NCBI GenBank assembly: GCA_902384455.1
Contig: CABMCB010000074.1
Location: 1 to 25,930 of the forward strand
Source: an uncultured archaeon
GTDB lineage: Archaea; Altiarchaeota; Altiarchaeia; IMC4; SCGC-AAA252-I15
Length of the DNA: 25,930 bases
Direction: 5' to 3'
In this document: positions 1 through 9,196 of the stretch, piece after piece
How positions within the stretch are numbered: the first letter of the stretch is position 1
Layout of the letters: the number at the start of each line of letters is the position of its first letter
Translations under genes and position numbers: made by a program
The notes under the pieces: generated by a model
The model's input: only the letters and a program-made list of their open reading frames with translations
Told to the model about the DNA's origin: nothing
The model's database searches: none

Positions 1-1
1 A

Positions 2-415
2 AAACCAACATCATCATACCAACGCCCCGCAATCACCCCACGCCCGCAAAACCCATCGCCTACACCCCAACAGGCGCCCACGCAAACAGCAGAAAGACAA
101 CGACCACAACCAATCCCCCCCGCAGGAAGCCCAATAAGAAACCGCATACAAACAGTCGCCGAAACAGTCGCCCGCTGGGAAAAACGCCCAGTAACAGACG
201 TGCTGTCAACTGAAAAAGAACTGATAACCCAAATAATACTCCTATCCGACAAAAACAAAGACAAAGGCATAACAGAAAACCACCTCCTATCTGCCGCAGA
301 AGAAATGGTGGCCGGCGAATTCCACGACGTACGCCTACACAGGGAAACATTCGACCCCAAGCACGTCTCCGAACTCATAAGGCGGGCGGAAAACGCGGCA
401 GCCAAAGGCAAATAA
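2..415 (+). CDS. Hypothetical protein, 3' part (5'-truncated by window edge); Pro/Gln-rich linker followed by a helical C-terminal domain
   Basis: Frame 2 is open from base 2 (KPTSSYQRPAITPRPQNPSPTPQQAPTQ...) into the listed 200..415 ORF; the stop lies 5 nt before the thiI ATG. Confidence 0.7.
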   Translation, partial: KPTSSYQRPAITPRPQNPSPTPQQAPTQTAERQRPQPIPPAGSPIRNRIQTVAETVARWEKRPVTDVLSTEKELITQIILLSDKNKDKGITENHLLSAAEEMVAGEFHDVRLHRETFDPKHVSELIRRAENAAAKGK

Positions 416-420
416 GCCCA

Positions 421-1038
421 ATGGAACAAAAGGGCCTTCTTCTTATCTCCGGGGGCGTAGACAGTCCCGTCGCAGGGAAAATCCTGATTGACCAAGGAAT
501 CAAGCTTACGGCAGTGCACTTCGACCTGCAGCCGTACACCGATGACGCCCCAGCAAAAAAATGCGTTCAACTAGCGCGCCAACTGGGAATAAATCACCTA
601 ACGATAGTCCCAATGGGGCCCGCATTCGCCGCAGCATCCCACGTAGAACACCGCCTATACTTCGTGCTAACCAAACGAATGATGATAAAAGCAGCCTCAG
701 ACCTCGCAAAAAAAGAAGGCATACCCTTCCTTGTGACAGGCGAAAACCTCGGGCAAGTAAGCAGCCAAACACTAACAAACCTCTCCGTCATAGACGCAGC
801 AAGCCCCATACCCGTAATCCGGCCTCTATTAGCCTACGACAAGGAGGAAATAATAGACCTCTCGCGGAAATTGGGTCTTTTCGAGGTGAGCAGCGGCCCT
901 GAAGTCTGCGACGTATTGGGTCCGACGCACCCAAAGACGAGGGCGAAAATAAGGGACGTCCTAAGGGAAGAAGAGACGATAATGCCCCAAAAACACATTG
1001 ATGAGGCGCTTTCCAAGGCCGTAGTGCACGATTTCTGA
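421..1038 (+). CDS. thiI: ThiI-family PP-loop sulfurtransferase, catalytic domain only (no NFLD/THUMP, no rhodanese)
   Basis: LLISGGVDSPVA PP-loop, TGENLGQVSSQTLTNL, PVIRPLLAYDKEEII, PEVC..P.HPKT; 205 aa with the PP-loop at about residue 10. Confidence 0.85.
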   Translation: MEQKGLLLISGGVDSPVAGKILIDQGIKLTAVHFDLQPYTDDAPAKKCVQLARQLGINHLTIVPMGPAFAAASHVEHRLYFVLTKRMMIKAASDLAKKEGIPFLVTGENLGQVSSQTLTNLSVIDAASPIPVIRPLLAYDKEEIIDLSRKLGLFEVSSGPEVCDVLGPTHPKTRAKIRDVLREEETIMPQKHIDEALSKAVVHDF

Positions 1039-1044
1039 GGTCGT

Positions 1045-1614
1045 CTACATAAGTCCTTTTATTCCTGCGGCGAGCATTTCGATTCCGAGCGCCAGGATGA
1101 ACAGTCCCAGCAGTCTTCCTGCGAATTTCAGCAGTTCCAGGTTTATGTTGGGTATCAGCCGGGCTGTTGCGTTGAAGAATATTCCAACGAGTATGAACGC
1201 GAGCAAAAGGTTGGCGAACACGTTTGTTATGCCTACTTCGGCGGTGGTGAGAATAAGGTACGACAAGGTTGCCGGGCCCGTAAGCAGGGGTGTCGCCACC
1301 AGCGAAATCACCGATTCCTCCTTGCTTATGTCGCCTTCCTCGTCTTTGCTTTCCCTGGCCATGCTCAGCCCCAGAAGAGTGATTATGATTCCCCCCGCGG
1401 TGCGGAAGGAATTCAGGCTTATCCCGAATACGTCAAACAAAAGCGGGCCGAAAAACAAAAACATTAGCGCAACAAGGAACGCCAGCAAAGTGGCTTCTAA
1501 CGCGATTTTCTTTTCGTCCATCCCTTTTCTGCAGGCCACAAAAAGCAGGGGCATTGAGGCTAGGGGGTTGAGCAGGAAGAATATCTTGATTATCATGGGG
1601 ACGTCAACGTTCAT
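1045..1614 (-). CDS. marC: MarC-family integral membrane protein
   Basis: FFLLNPLASMP, FGISLNSFRTAGGII, ATPLLTGPATLS, RLLGLFILALGIEML; ATG at 1614 is preceded by AAGGTG (ORF track start 1623). Confidence 0.9.
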   Translation of the reverse strand: MNVDVPMIIKIFFLLNPLASMPLLFVACRKGMDEKKIALEATLLAFLVALMFLFFGPLLFDVFGISLNSFRTAGGIIITLLGLSMARESKDEEGDISKEESVISLVATPLLTGPATLSYLILTTAEVGITNVFANLLLAFILVGIFFNATARLIPNINLELLKFAGRLLGLFILALGIEMLAAGIKGLM

Positions 1615-1757
1615 GAGGCACACCTTGTTTTTTTTTCTGTTAATTGATTTTTGTCGCGCAAATATAAGAGGGTGGTTTTGGTTGGGAAATGGCTTAGTTA
1701 AGGGTCTTTGTTGCGCGAAGTGCCTTAATTGTGCGGTGGGTGCGTTTTTATACTTAA

Positions 1758-1815
1758 GTTATATATTTATAACATTAAGTGAATTTATTCTAACAGAATG
1801 TGTTAAATAAATCAC
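1758..1815 (+). promoter_or_regulatory. Three phased 16-bp imperfect palindromes, putative XRE operators overlapping an AT-rich promoter
   Basis: GTTA-N8-TAAC (1758-1773), GTGA-N8-TAAC (1779-1794), GTGT-N8-TCAC (1800-1815); exact 21-bp period; directly upstream of the DUF2178/XRE pair. Confidence 0.55.
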
Positions 1816-1842
1816 TAAAATAATGTGGGGTAAGCAACTGAA

Positions 1843-2250
1843 ATGAAAGAAAAACAATTCAAAATAACCCGGATTATAATAGCGGCAATACTCTCCGCAA
1901 TAGTGGGAACCAGCATAATACACGGCAACACTACATTGCCCATAATTGCGGTCATAACTGCAGTGGCCATCATGCACATACTGAAACGCCAAGTCACAGA
2001 CGTGCTCGTGGACGAAAGAATAGAAAAAGTCGCAGGAAAAGCCGCGCAAAAAACTCTCACAATATGGGCAACAGCAATGGCCGCAATAAGCGTACTGCTT
2101 ATCGCCTACAAGGATGTCCTGCCTCAATACACCCAAACAGCATACGCCCTATCATACTCGACGTGCGGCTTACTTCTTCTGTATAGCGCACTATACCATC
2201 ATCTTTACGGTAAACCAGATGAAGACCCGGATAAAAGAATTCAGGGCTAA
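1843..2250 (+). CDS. DUF2178-type small membrane protein
   Basis: About 4 hydrophobic segments around a [15 protein letters not shown] motif; typical partner of the overlapping XRE regulator. Confidence 0.8.
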   Translation: MKEKQFKITRIIIAAILSAIVGTSIIHGNTTLPIIAVITAVAIMHILKRQVTDVLVDERIEKVAGKAAQKTLTIWATAMAAISVLLIAYKDVLPQYTQTAYALSYSTCGLLLLYSALYHHLYGKPDEDPDKRIQG

Positions 2251-2425
2251 ATACGACCTGACTCAGGAAGACCTAGCAAAAAAAGTCGGCGTAAGACGGG
2301 AGACCATAGTCTTCCTGGAAAAAGGAAAATACAACCCAAGTCTGCGGCTTGCCTACGACATATCCAAGACGCTTAACTCAAAAATAGAAGAACTATTCCT
2401 ATTCGAAGACGAAGACGACGACTAA
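2219..2425 (+). CDS. XRE-family helix-turn-helix transcriptional regulator (68 aa)
   Basis: [45 protein letters not shown]; ATG at 2219 inside the listed 2114..2425 ORF. Confidence 0.92.
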   Translation: MKTRIKEFRAKYDLTQEDLAKKVGVRRETIVFLEKGKYNPSLRLAYDISKTLNSKIEELFLFEDEDDD

Positions 2426-2453
2426 AAACGTGAATTACCGCCTTCATCCATCT

Positions 2454-3620
2454 TCACCAACCATAGCTGTGCGCGCGAGAATAACCCAACGCCTTAAACG
2501 CAGGAAGCGCTTTAGGGAAATTTTTCGGCGAAGAAAAAAGAATTCTAAGGCCAGTTGTCACCTTATCCCACGCCGACAAACTACCCATCTCAACAGGAAG
2601 AAGACCGGCCAACCGGGACAACTCACTTTCCTGCAAAGAATACAGCATGTTCTTCCCCGCAAGAATCTTCTCGTAAGGCGGAAACTCCTTCCTCCAGCCG
2701 GCCTCATAAAAAGACAACCGGGCTTTAGACGTATCATTTGCGGATAAAGCATCAAATGCCACCTTAGCGGCAATCTCCCCAGACTTCATCCCCAACGCCG
2801 TCCCACCCTCAAATAAAGGGGACGTGAAACCTGCAGCATCACCCACAACCATAACCCCGTCAGAAAAAGTACGCGAAACAGGCCCGCCAGCCGGAATAAG
2901 TCCGCCGAACGTCTTCACAATACCTTTTCCTTCAAGGCCTATTTCGGCGATGAAATTGTCAAGGTATTTCTTCGCGTTGGTGTTGTCGTCCGTCACGAGG
3001 CCTACGTTAGCCCTGCCGCCGCTTTTAGGTATCACCCACAGGTATCCGTGGGGGGCAAGGTGCGGCCACAGGTAGAAGTCCAGGTATTCTCCTACTTCTA
3101 TGCCCTTCATTTCGTATTGGATGCCTACGACGGTTTTGCTTCTTTCGTTTAGAGAAATTAGGCGTGAAACTACCGATTGGACTCCTGAAGCGTCTATCAC
3201 TATCCGCGCTTCCTCCTTTGAGTTTCCAATCTCGGCCTGCCAGATGCCGCTATTTCTGCTTATTCTGGTGAGTCTGCTGTTTGTGCGGACTTCGGCTCCT
3301 ACGTCTTGCGCTTCCTTAGCCAGCCACCCTTCAAATAAATGTTTTTCAAGGACGTAGCCCGGCTCAGTCACATTACGTGCTATGCCCGCAGGAAATATTG
3401 CGCGTATGCCCTTGACGGAACGGGAAAAAACAGACGACGGCGGCTTTTTGGGCAGCCGGTTTAAAGCGGTTTCAGATAAGCATTCGCCGCAATGAACCGG
3501 TTCGCCGACATTAGGATGCTCTTCCACCACGAGGGTTTTAAGACCTGCGGAAGAGGCGGTCCATGCGGCCGAGCATCCTGCCGGTCCTGCGCCGATTATC
3601 AGAACGTCCCAGGTGGTCAT
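2454..3620 (-). CDS. Geranylgeranyl reductase-family FAD oxidoreductase (DGGGPL reductase-like)
   Basis: DVLIIGAGPAG, VGEPVHCGE, APHGYLWVIPK, ANVGL, VVGDAAGFTSPLFEGG. Confidence 0.88.
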   Translation of the reverse strand: MTTWDVLIIGAGPAGCSAAWTASSAGLKTLVVEEHPNVGEPVHCGECLSETALNRLPKKPPSSVFSRSVKGIRAIFPAGIARNVTEPGYVLEKHLFEGWLAKEAQDVGAEVRTNSRLTRISRNSGIWQAEIGNSKEEARIVIDASGVQSVVSRLISLNERSKTVVGIQYEMKGIEVGEYLDFYLWPHLAPHGYLWVIPKSGGRANVGLVTDDNTNAKKYLDNFIAEIGLEGKGIVKTFGGLIPAGGPVSRTFSDGVMVVGDAAGFTSPLFEGGTALGMKSGEIAAKVAFDALSANDTSKARLSFYEAGWRKEFPPYEKILAGKNMLYSLQESELSRLAGLLPVEMGSLSAWDKVTTGLRILFSSPKNFPKALPAFKALGYSRAHSYGW

Positions 3621-3676
3621 CCTAAGTCAATAAGAAGCGTACATAAAATATTCCGGTGTCAGTTGTACGGCTGAAT

Positions 3677-4963
3677 CTACCGTAAGTAACCCCAGGTGTG
3701 GAGTCTGTCGCTGTCTTCAGTCCAGCGTTCCCCAATGTCTAGGCGGTAGTATTTGTTGGGAAGTATCAGGTTGTTCACTCTGTTGTACGCCTGGTTTCTG
3801 GCCTGCTGCATAGTGTACCCGCATCCTACGACTGTGAGGACTACTCCGGCTCTGCCTGCCACGACCCATTCGTCATCGACAATTTTCACGTCTTCAATGT
3901 GGATTCCGTCCTTGTTGGGTTTCTTGAATATTATTACTGCCTCTTTGGAGTGAGTGTTGAACGCTTCGTCGTCGTCGAAGGGATACGGGGAGACGACTAC
4001 GCGCACTCCCACCTGAAATCCGCTTCGCGCCTTAAACGGCGTCTTCTCGCCCTTAGCAAGTTGATAGAGGAAGTCGCTGATTGGCGTCAACATACCGTCC
4101 GCTTGAATGAAAATCGTCGGATAACCGAACCGCGACGTGAACTCCAGCGGATACACTCCATTGCTGTTGACGATACAGTTGATGTCAATGTAGCCCACAT
4201 AATGCTCCTCCCTCAACTTAGGCTCCATCTTAAGCAAAGTAGCGTTAAACAAACTGTTAGGCGGACTCCAAAACATGCTCGTACCCATCTCACCAGTTGA
4301 AGGCCCGATGTTGCCCGGGAAAAGCTTCTTGTGCTCGAAGTTAACGTTAATGGGATGGACGAACTCGTGGCCGTTGAAGAACGCTCCCACAGCGACCTCT
4401 ACTCCGCTGATTCTTTTTTGCAGCTGGAATTCCTTCACCTTATCCGACCAAACTCTCTTGTAGTGCTCGAGCACCTCAACGACGTCCCGTCCTGTCTCGT
4501 CTTCGCCAACGAAAAGAAGCTGCTTCTTGTTCTGCGCTTCGCCGCTGGGCTTAATCACATACTTGTTGGGGTGATTCTGAACATAAGCGATTGCGTCATC
4601 AAACGAAGTGAAATTTTCCTGAGGAATAATTGCGATTCCAGCCTTCTTCAACTCCTGCTGGCCGAAGCCCCTGTCGTCCTCAAGCTTGTCCGTGTAAGGA
4701 GTTCCTCCGACAACAAGCTTCCCTTCATCACGCATTTTTTTCGCCTTAGTGCCTTCACCCAAAACGTCGTCAAAAACGATGACGTCGGCCCATGCGACTT
4801 CGTTTTCCCAGTTGTCTACTTTGGGCACGAAGCCGTCTGCGATGTCTCTTTGGTTCGGGTCTTGAATGTAGTATTTGACGTTGTGTCCTTCTTTGAGCAC
4901 CTGCCAGGCGGTGTCTCCAATAAGCGCGTCAAGTGAAATGAAAAGAAAATTTTTTGGCTCCAT
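3677..4963 (-). CDS. PurD-like ATP-grasp ligase (divergent phosphoribosylamine-glycine ligase family)
   Basis: YVIKPSG, GVEVAVG, HKKLFPGNIGPSTGEMG (cf. PurD GPNTGGMG), LEFTSRFGYP (cf. EFNxRFGDPE), YYRLDIG; lacks the N-terminal GxGGREHA. Confidence 0.8.
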   Translation of the reverse strand: MEPKNFLFISLDALIGDTAWQVLKEGHNVKYYIQDPNQRDIADGFVPKVDNWENEVAWADVIVFDDVLGEGTKAKKMRDEGKLVVGGTPYTDKLEDDRGFGQQELKKAGIAIIPQENFTSFDDAIAYVQNHPNKYVIKPSGEAQNKKQLLFVGEDETGRDVVEVLEHYKRVWSDKVKEFQLQKRISGVEVAVGAFFNGHEFVHPINVNFEHKKLFPGNIGPSTGEMGTSMFWSPPNSLFNATLLKMEPKLREEHYVGYIDINCIVNSNGVYPLEFTSRFGYPTIFIQADGMLTPISDFLYQLAKGEKTPFKARSGFQVGVRVVVSPYPFDDDEAFNTHSKEAVIIFKKPNKDGIHIEDVKIVDDEWVVAGRAGVVLTVVGCGYTMQQARNQAYNRVNNLILPNKYYRLDIGERWTEDSDRLHTWGYLR

Positions 4964-5021
4964 GTAATTTACTTCGAGAATGAATATGCACGCGTCTGAA
5001 TAAAAAAAGGCAGCATTTTTT

Positions 5022-5525
5022 CTATTGATTCTGTTTTATCCTTTTTGAGTAAACCACTTTGTCGTCGCCGTCGTCGAAGTAGTCTTTGACGCTCCCTTCT
5101 CGGACGTAGCCCATCCTCTCGTATAGGTGTCTTGCGGGCTCATAGTCCTTCTTCGACGAAGTTTCAATAAAAATGATTCGCCCACCCTTAGATTTAACAA
5201 GCTCTTCGACGAACCTTAGTATCTTAGAGCCTATGCCGGCGCGCTGCCTCGTCGGCGAGACGCCAAGCCAATAAATCTCATAAGTCTTGTTCCCCAAACC
5301 CAAACCGAAAGAAACGAATCCGGCCACATCCCCATCTACATTATAGACGTAAGTAAGAAGTTCGTCCCCCTCAGGGAACTTCTCATAATGCTGGATGCTG
5401 TTCGCAATCTCATCAACCTCATCCTTGATGAAAACCCTGACGTCAGAGGCGATGCTCTTTATCCTAACTATGTCCTGAGGCTCAAACTTCCTAAAATGCG
5501 CATCAACAGCAATGGAAGAAGTCAT
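5022..5525 (-). CDS. GNAT-family N-acetyltransferase
   Basis: YWLGVSPTRQRAGIGSKIL (acetyl-CoA motif A), IETSS..DYEPARHLYERMGY; start moved to ATG 5525 because the listed start overlaps tRNA-Asp. Confidence 0.9.
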   Translation of the reverse strand: MTSSIAVDAHFRKFEPQDIVRIKSIASDVRVFIKDEVDEIANSIQHYEKFPEGDELLTYVYNVDGDVAGFVSFGLGLGNKTYEIYWLGVSPTRQRAGIGSKILRFVEELVKSKGGRIIFIETSSKKDYEPARHLYERMGYVREGSVKDYFDDGDDKVVYSKRIKQNQ

Positions 5526-5561
5526 CAAACCACCACACACAAAAAGCATGCGGATGAAGAG

Positions 5562-5634
5562 CGCCCCAGCCGGAATTCGAATCCGGGTCACGGCCTCGAC
5601 AGGGCCGTATGATAGTCCGCTACACCACTGGGGC
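5562..5634 (-). tRNA. tRNA-Asp (GTC), no intron, CCA not encoded
   Basis: Reverse complement GCCCCAGTGGTGTAGCGGACTATCATACGGCCCTGTCGAGGCCGTGACCCGGATTCGAATTCCGGCTGGGGCG folds as a cloverleaf; anticodon arm CGGCC-CTGTCGA-GGCCG. Confidence 0.96.
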
Positions 5635-5723
5635 TTTTGTGCTCTTTGCTTTTTTTTTCCTCCGTTTTTGTTTTAACGGCCCGCGCCGTTTTTTTTTTGT
5701 TCGACGCGTTTTTGAGCCGTTTA

Positions 5724-5843
5724 TCCCGCCTCCCGGATTTGAACCGGGGATCTTCCGGTGGCCGCTGGTTATGCGGAAAACAGCTTATAGTACTGTTTGC
5801 CCAACTACAGCCAGACGCGATAACCAGGCTACGCCAAGGCGGG
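5724..5843 (-). tRNA. tRNA-Tyr (GTA) with a 45-nt intron at 37/38 (intron 5760..5804)
   Basis: Acceptor CCCGCCT/AGGCGGG-A (archaeal C1-G72), T-arm CCCGG-TTCAAAT-CCGGG; BHB: CTGT pairs with GCGG, 3-nt bulges AG|T and CC|A. Confidence 0.95.
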
Positions 5844-5870
5844 ATTAGCTTACAATATACACTTCGTCTC

Positions 5871-5886
5871 TATTTAAATCTCTTTT
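5871..5886 (-). promoter_or_regulatory. BRE/TATA promoter of the tRNA-Tyr/tRNA-Asp unit
   Basis: Minus strand reads AAAAGAGA-TTTAAATA, ending 27 nt before the tRNA-Tyr 5' end. Confidence 0.65.
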
Positions 5887-5992
5887 CGTGTGTCGGCTTT
5901 GGGTGGCGGTTTATTAATGTGGTTGTGTGGTTTGCTGGTGGATTCTTCTTGTTTTATCCTATTGTTACATATACTCAATTGGGTCTTCCAGT

Positions 5993-8041
5993 ATGGCTGT
6001 CGCTAAGCGACCTAAAGGCGTCATTCATGAGCATGAGGGCATAGAGATTCGTCCTGAGGGTCTTGTCGTTAGGGATCCTGATTTGTTGTCTGGTCTTCCT
6101 GCTGACGCGAAAGTAACTGATGTTTTCGGGCAGATGACCCCTAAGCAGTTGGGTGCGTTCGCTAAGGGGGTTCATCGTAGGATGCAGGATAAGGGTTTGT
6201 CTGCGGATGAGCAGAAGGTTCTTGGGCAGACTCTTGCGGCGGTCAGCCATCATATTCTGGAAGAGCATGCCGGCAGGTTTCTTACTGCTGACGGCGGCAT
6301 CCCTAAGGAGTTGAGGGAGAAAAGGCAGAAGGAAATTTTGAGGGAGCAATTGGACATTCGGGCGAAAGAAGCTGACGTTTTATTGCAGCATTGGAAGAAT
6401 AGGTCTGCCGGCCAACTGGCGGTTGATTCCCTCAGGGTTGAGACTCCTGTTTCGCACGAGGAACGCATTAGACGGGAGGAAGTTTGGAAGAACGTGACTT
6501 CTCCGGAGGCTTTAGACCGTCTTGTCGGAGCCACGACTTTCCAGCCTGGCGGAGTCGATGTTCTAAGGCGTGGCCGCGTTGATGAGTGGGGGAGCAGGAC
6601 GGGTGGCGGCGACTGGAGTATGACCGTAAAATTTGATGACGCTAACGTTACGTTCAGTTCTAAAACAAATGGTTATACGATAAGTTTGGCTGATGATGCG
6701 GAGCACGTTTACTTGGTTCGTAAGGATGGTCGTGTTGTTCGCGCAGGCAGGGAGGTGGCTGAGTCGGCTAAAGAGGCCAGCGGTTTTTCGCGTCCTGGCA
6801 GCGTTGAGGAAGTAACTGATGATGCTCTTTGTGCGCGGCTTCGGGGTCTAAGTGACCAGGTGGCGGGCGGCGAAGGGCGGTTGGCTTCTCTTACTGTGCG
6901 GCGGAATTTGGCTGGTCGGCAGGCGTTGACCGCTAAATACCAGTATGGGGAGGACGGCAGATGTAAAGCCACTTATGGTTACTGGCGGTTGTCTGAGGTT
7001 CCTGGTCCGGAGGGTTCTCCTCCTGTTCAGCAGTGGGAGCTTGACCGTGAAAAAAGCACGACTGCAGATAAAGCGCCGTTAATCCGCAGGACTAAGACGC
7101 CTGTTGAAGCGGATGCTGCGCGCGAAGTCCGAAACGCAGCCGCACCAGGGGCTTTCGGCGCTGTTGCGGCAGGTTTGGCGGTTGGCGTCGAAGGCGACGA
7201 AATAACTCGCGCATCCCACATACGCACGCGAGCGCTTGGAATCCTTAATAGCGACGCAGTTAAGAACGCTCAAGACGAAACTCAAGCCGATGATTTCGAC
7301 GCCCCAAAGGCGAGAAAACTGGGTGAAGCCGAGTTGTCTCAAAGTCGGTGGACTTTGTGGCAGAAAATTTGGGGGCGCAAAAACGACAAAATCCAGATGT
7401 CCGGCGAAAGGCAGCATGTAGCAGATGCGGCTTGGAGCCAGCTTTCAAGGGAAGAGCAAACAGAAATAACCGCAGGAATACGCAGGCAATACCCTAAACT
7501 GCCCTCAAGTCAAGTTGAAATAGAAGCCAAACGGCTCACCCTCAACTTCCTGCAGAACATGTCGCAGGAAAAAGACATTACTACCGCTTCAACGAACGCC
7601 GACGTGGGCCGCAGAGAAAGAGCCGAACTTCTACGCGAGCAGCAACGCCAGCAAGCGCCTCAACGACAACAACCCCCTCCTCAAACCCTGCCAGAACAAA
7701 GAATAGACGCTCCTCCCCTCGAATTACTCCGGGATGACTCCACAGAAGAAATCCGGCCGCCCAGACGGCCCGTAGGGCAAGTACTTACCGGATTTTTCAG
7801 AGGCCTTTTCAGAAGAAGGTCGGAATCGATGGACAATTTAGCTCCGCTGCCTCCGGATCAGTCGCATGTGATAGATTCTATGCCCCATGAGAGTGATGAT
7901 CCGAACGTGAATGCCCGAAAGCAGCCTGTCTCAGACGATACGCCCGCCATAAAGCCCCCCAGAAGACGGTTTTGGGAAGGCTGGCTTAGAGGTCACTCCC
8001 AGCAAGAAGACGGCGACGAAGCAGAGAGAAAAGCCGCATAA
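5993..8041 (+). CDS. Large hypothetical protein (682 aa), charged, with a Pro/Gln/Arg-rich probably disordered C-terminus
   Basis: 2-kb open frame; probable start MAVAKRPKG at 5993 (listed start 5927 lies in promoter-like sequence); no family recognised. Confidence 0.75.
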   Translation: MAVAKRPKGVIHEHEGIEIRPEGLVVRDPDLLSGLPADAKVTDVFGQMTPKQLGAFAKGVHRRMQDKGLSADEQKVLGQTLAAVSHHILEEHAGRFLTADGGIPKELREKRQKEILREQLDIRAKEADVLLQHWKNRSAGQLAVDSLRVETPVSHEERIRREEVWKNVTSPEALDRLVGATTFQPGGVDVLRRGRVDEWGSRTGGGDWSMTVKFDDANVTFSSKTNGYTISLADDAEHVYLVRKDGRVVRAGREVAESAKEASGFSRPGSVEEVTDDALCARLRGLSDQVAGGEGRLASLTVRRNLAGRQALTAKYQYGEDGRCKATYGYWRLSEVPGPEGSPPVQQWELDREKSTTADKAPLIRRTKTPVEADAAREVRNAAAPGAFGAVAAGLAVGVEGDEITRASHIRTRALGILNSDAVKNAQDETQADDFDAPKARKLGEAELSQSRWTLWQKIWGRKNDKIQMSGERQHVADAAWSQLSREEQTEITAGIRRQYPKLPSSQVEIEAKRLTLNFLQNMSQEKDITTASTNADVGRRERAELLREQQRQQAPQRQQPPPQTLPEQRIDAPPLELLRDDSTEEIRPPRRPVGQVLTGFFRGLFRRRSESMDNLAPLPPDQSHVIDSMPHESDDPNVNARKQPVSDDTPAIKPPRRRFWEGWLRGHSQQEDGDEAERKAA

Positions 8042-8068
8042 TTTTTTTGCCTCCAACGTCCCTCTTCC

Positions 8069-9118
8069 CTACTCCTTTTCCCACAGCCGCAGTACGTCGT
8101 GCGTCAGTCCCATGTATATTGACGCGGCGACGCCGAACAGTATGGTCAGCCAAAACAGGTAAAATCTTTCCACGAGTGTGGCCGCAAGTGACACTGACGC
8201 TGGGACGCCCGCCAGGCTGAAGACTCCGGTTCCGGCCGTCTCCCATAGGCCTATGGCGCCGGGGAATATTGATATGTATGCGGTGGCTGCGACGGTTATT
8301 CTTCCGGCTGTGACTTCTCTCAGTCCGAGTGGGTAGTTTAGCCACCTGAATATGAAGAATAATCTGAGTATTGAGACCACCCAGACCATAAGGCATGTTA
8401 CGAATCCTCCTATCATGACTACGGGGTCGTAGGCCGTCTTCTTCATTGTTCCTCTGAAGTGTACGAGCACTCCGTCTATGCGGCTTGCTGCGTCTAACGC
8501 GTGTTTCCTTAGGAATGATATGGGGATTTTGGTTCCGACTTTGATTGTGTAGTGTATTACTCGGCGGCTTACCTTCTCGCTGACGATGAGGATGCCGCAT
8601 GTGGCGGATGTGGCTACGACTATGAATCCGCACGCTATGAGCAGGGCGGTGACTTCCCCAGTCCCCCATAAGCTAAGGCTGATGAGGAGCGCTATGGGGA
8701 TAAGGCACAAAGCGACTAGAGTCTCAATGAACATGTCCACGACAACAGACGCGGTAGACTGGCCTGTGGAAATGTCTTTGTGCACCTTAGGCAGCAAATA
8801 CGCCCTAAACAACTCTCCGCCTGCAAGCCCTATCGGCGTAAGGTTGTTCATCATCCCGCCGATAAGCGACAAAGGAAAAACCTTCTTGAACGGCACATGA
8901 TGATGGCGCAAAACAATCCACCACTTAACAGTCCACAAGAAAGCAAGCAAAACCTGCGAAACAAAAAGAAGAAGAAACTGCTCGAAAGTAAGCTTCTGAA
9001 ACTCATGAAGAACCTTCTCAGGCCCAACGTAACTTAAAACGGCGCCGATAATGAAAAAACCCACGGCCAACAAAATAATCGTTGTCCCGTGCTTTATCCC
9101 GCGCTTAAGCAAACCCAT
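8069..9118 (-). CDS. Flippase-like / lysylphosphatidylglycerol synthase TM-domain protein (UPF0104, AglD2-like)
   Basis: MNNLTPIGLAGGELFRAYLL, ASVVVDMFIE, SIFPGAIGLWE, ATLVERFYLFW; multiple TM segments. Confidence 0.88.
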   Translation of the reverse strand: MGLLKRGIKHGTTIILLAVGFFIIGAVLSYVGPEKVLHEFQKLTFEQFLLLFVSQVLLAFLWTVKWWIVLRHHHVPFKKVFPLSLIGGMMNNLTPIGLAGGELFRAYLLPKVHKDISTGQSTASVVVDMFIETLVALCLIPIALLISLSLWGTGEVTALLIACGFIVVATSATCGILIVSEKVSRRVIHYTIKVGTKIPISFLRKHALDAASRIDGVLVHFRGTMKKTAYDPVVMIGGFVTCLMVWVVSILRLFFIFRWLNYPLGLREVTAGRITVAATAYISIFPGAIGLWETAGTGVFSLAGVPASVSLAATLVERFYLFWLTILFGVAASIYMGLTHDVLRLWEKE

Positions 9119-9196
9119 GATTTACCTAAGAAGATGCTCCGTTAAAAAACCAACGAAAAACCAGGAAACACACAACACCCAACACCTAACGCGCGC

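Noticed and set aside
1097-1810. Long antisense ORFs (this one, 14456..15118, 21586..22224, 7986..8669 and similar)
   Set aside because: Shadow or alternative frames of well-supported genes, with no protein-like motifs
5675-5698. AACGGC-CCGC-GCCGTT hairpin followed by a T run between the tRNAs
   Set aside because: Terminator-like only on the + strand while the tRNAs are on the minus strand; no mirror third arm, so not a further element copy
5526-6044. Listed ORFs and extensions 5609..5848, 5637..6044 and GNAT start 5591
   Set aside because: They overlap well-formed tRNA genes; spurious
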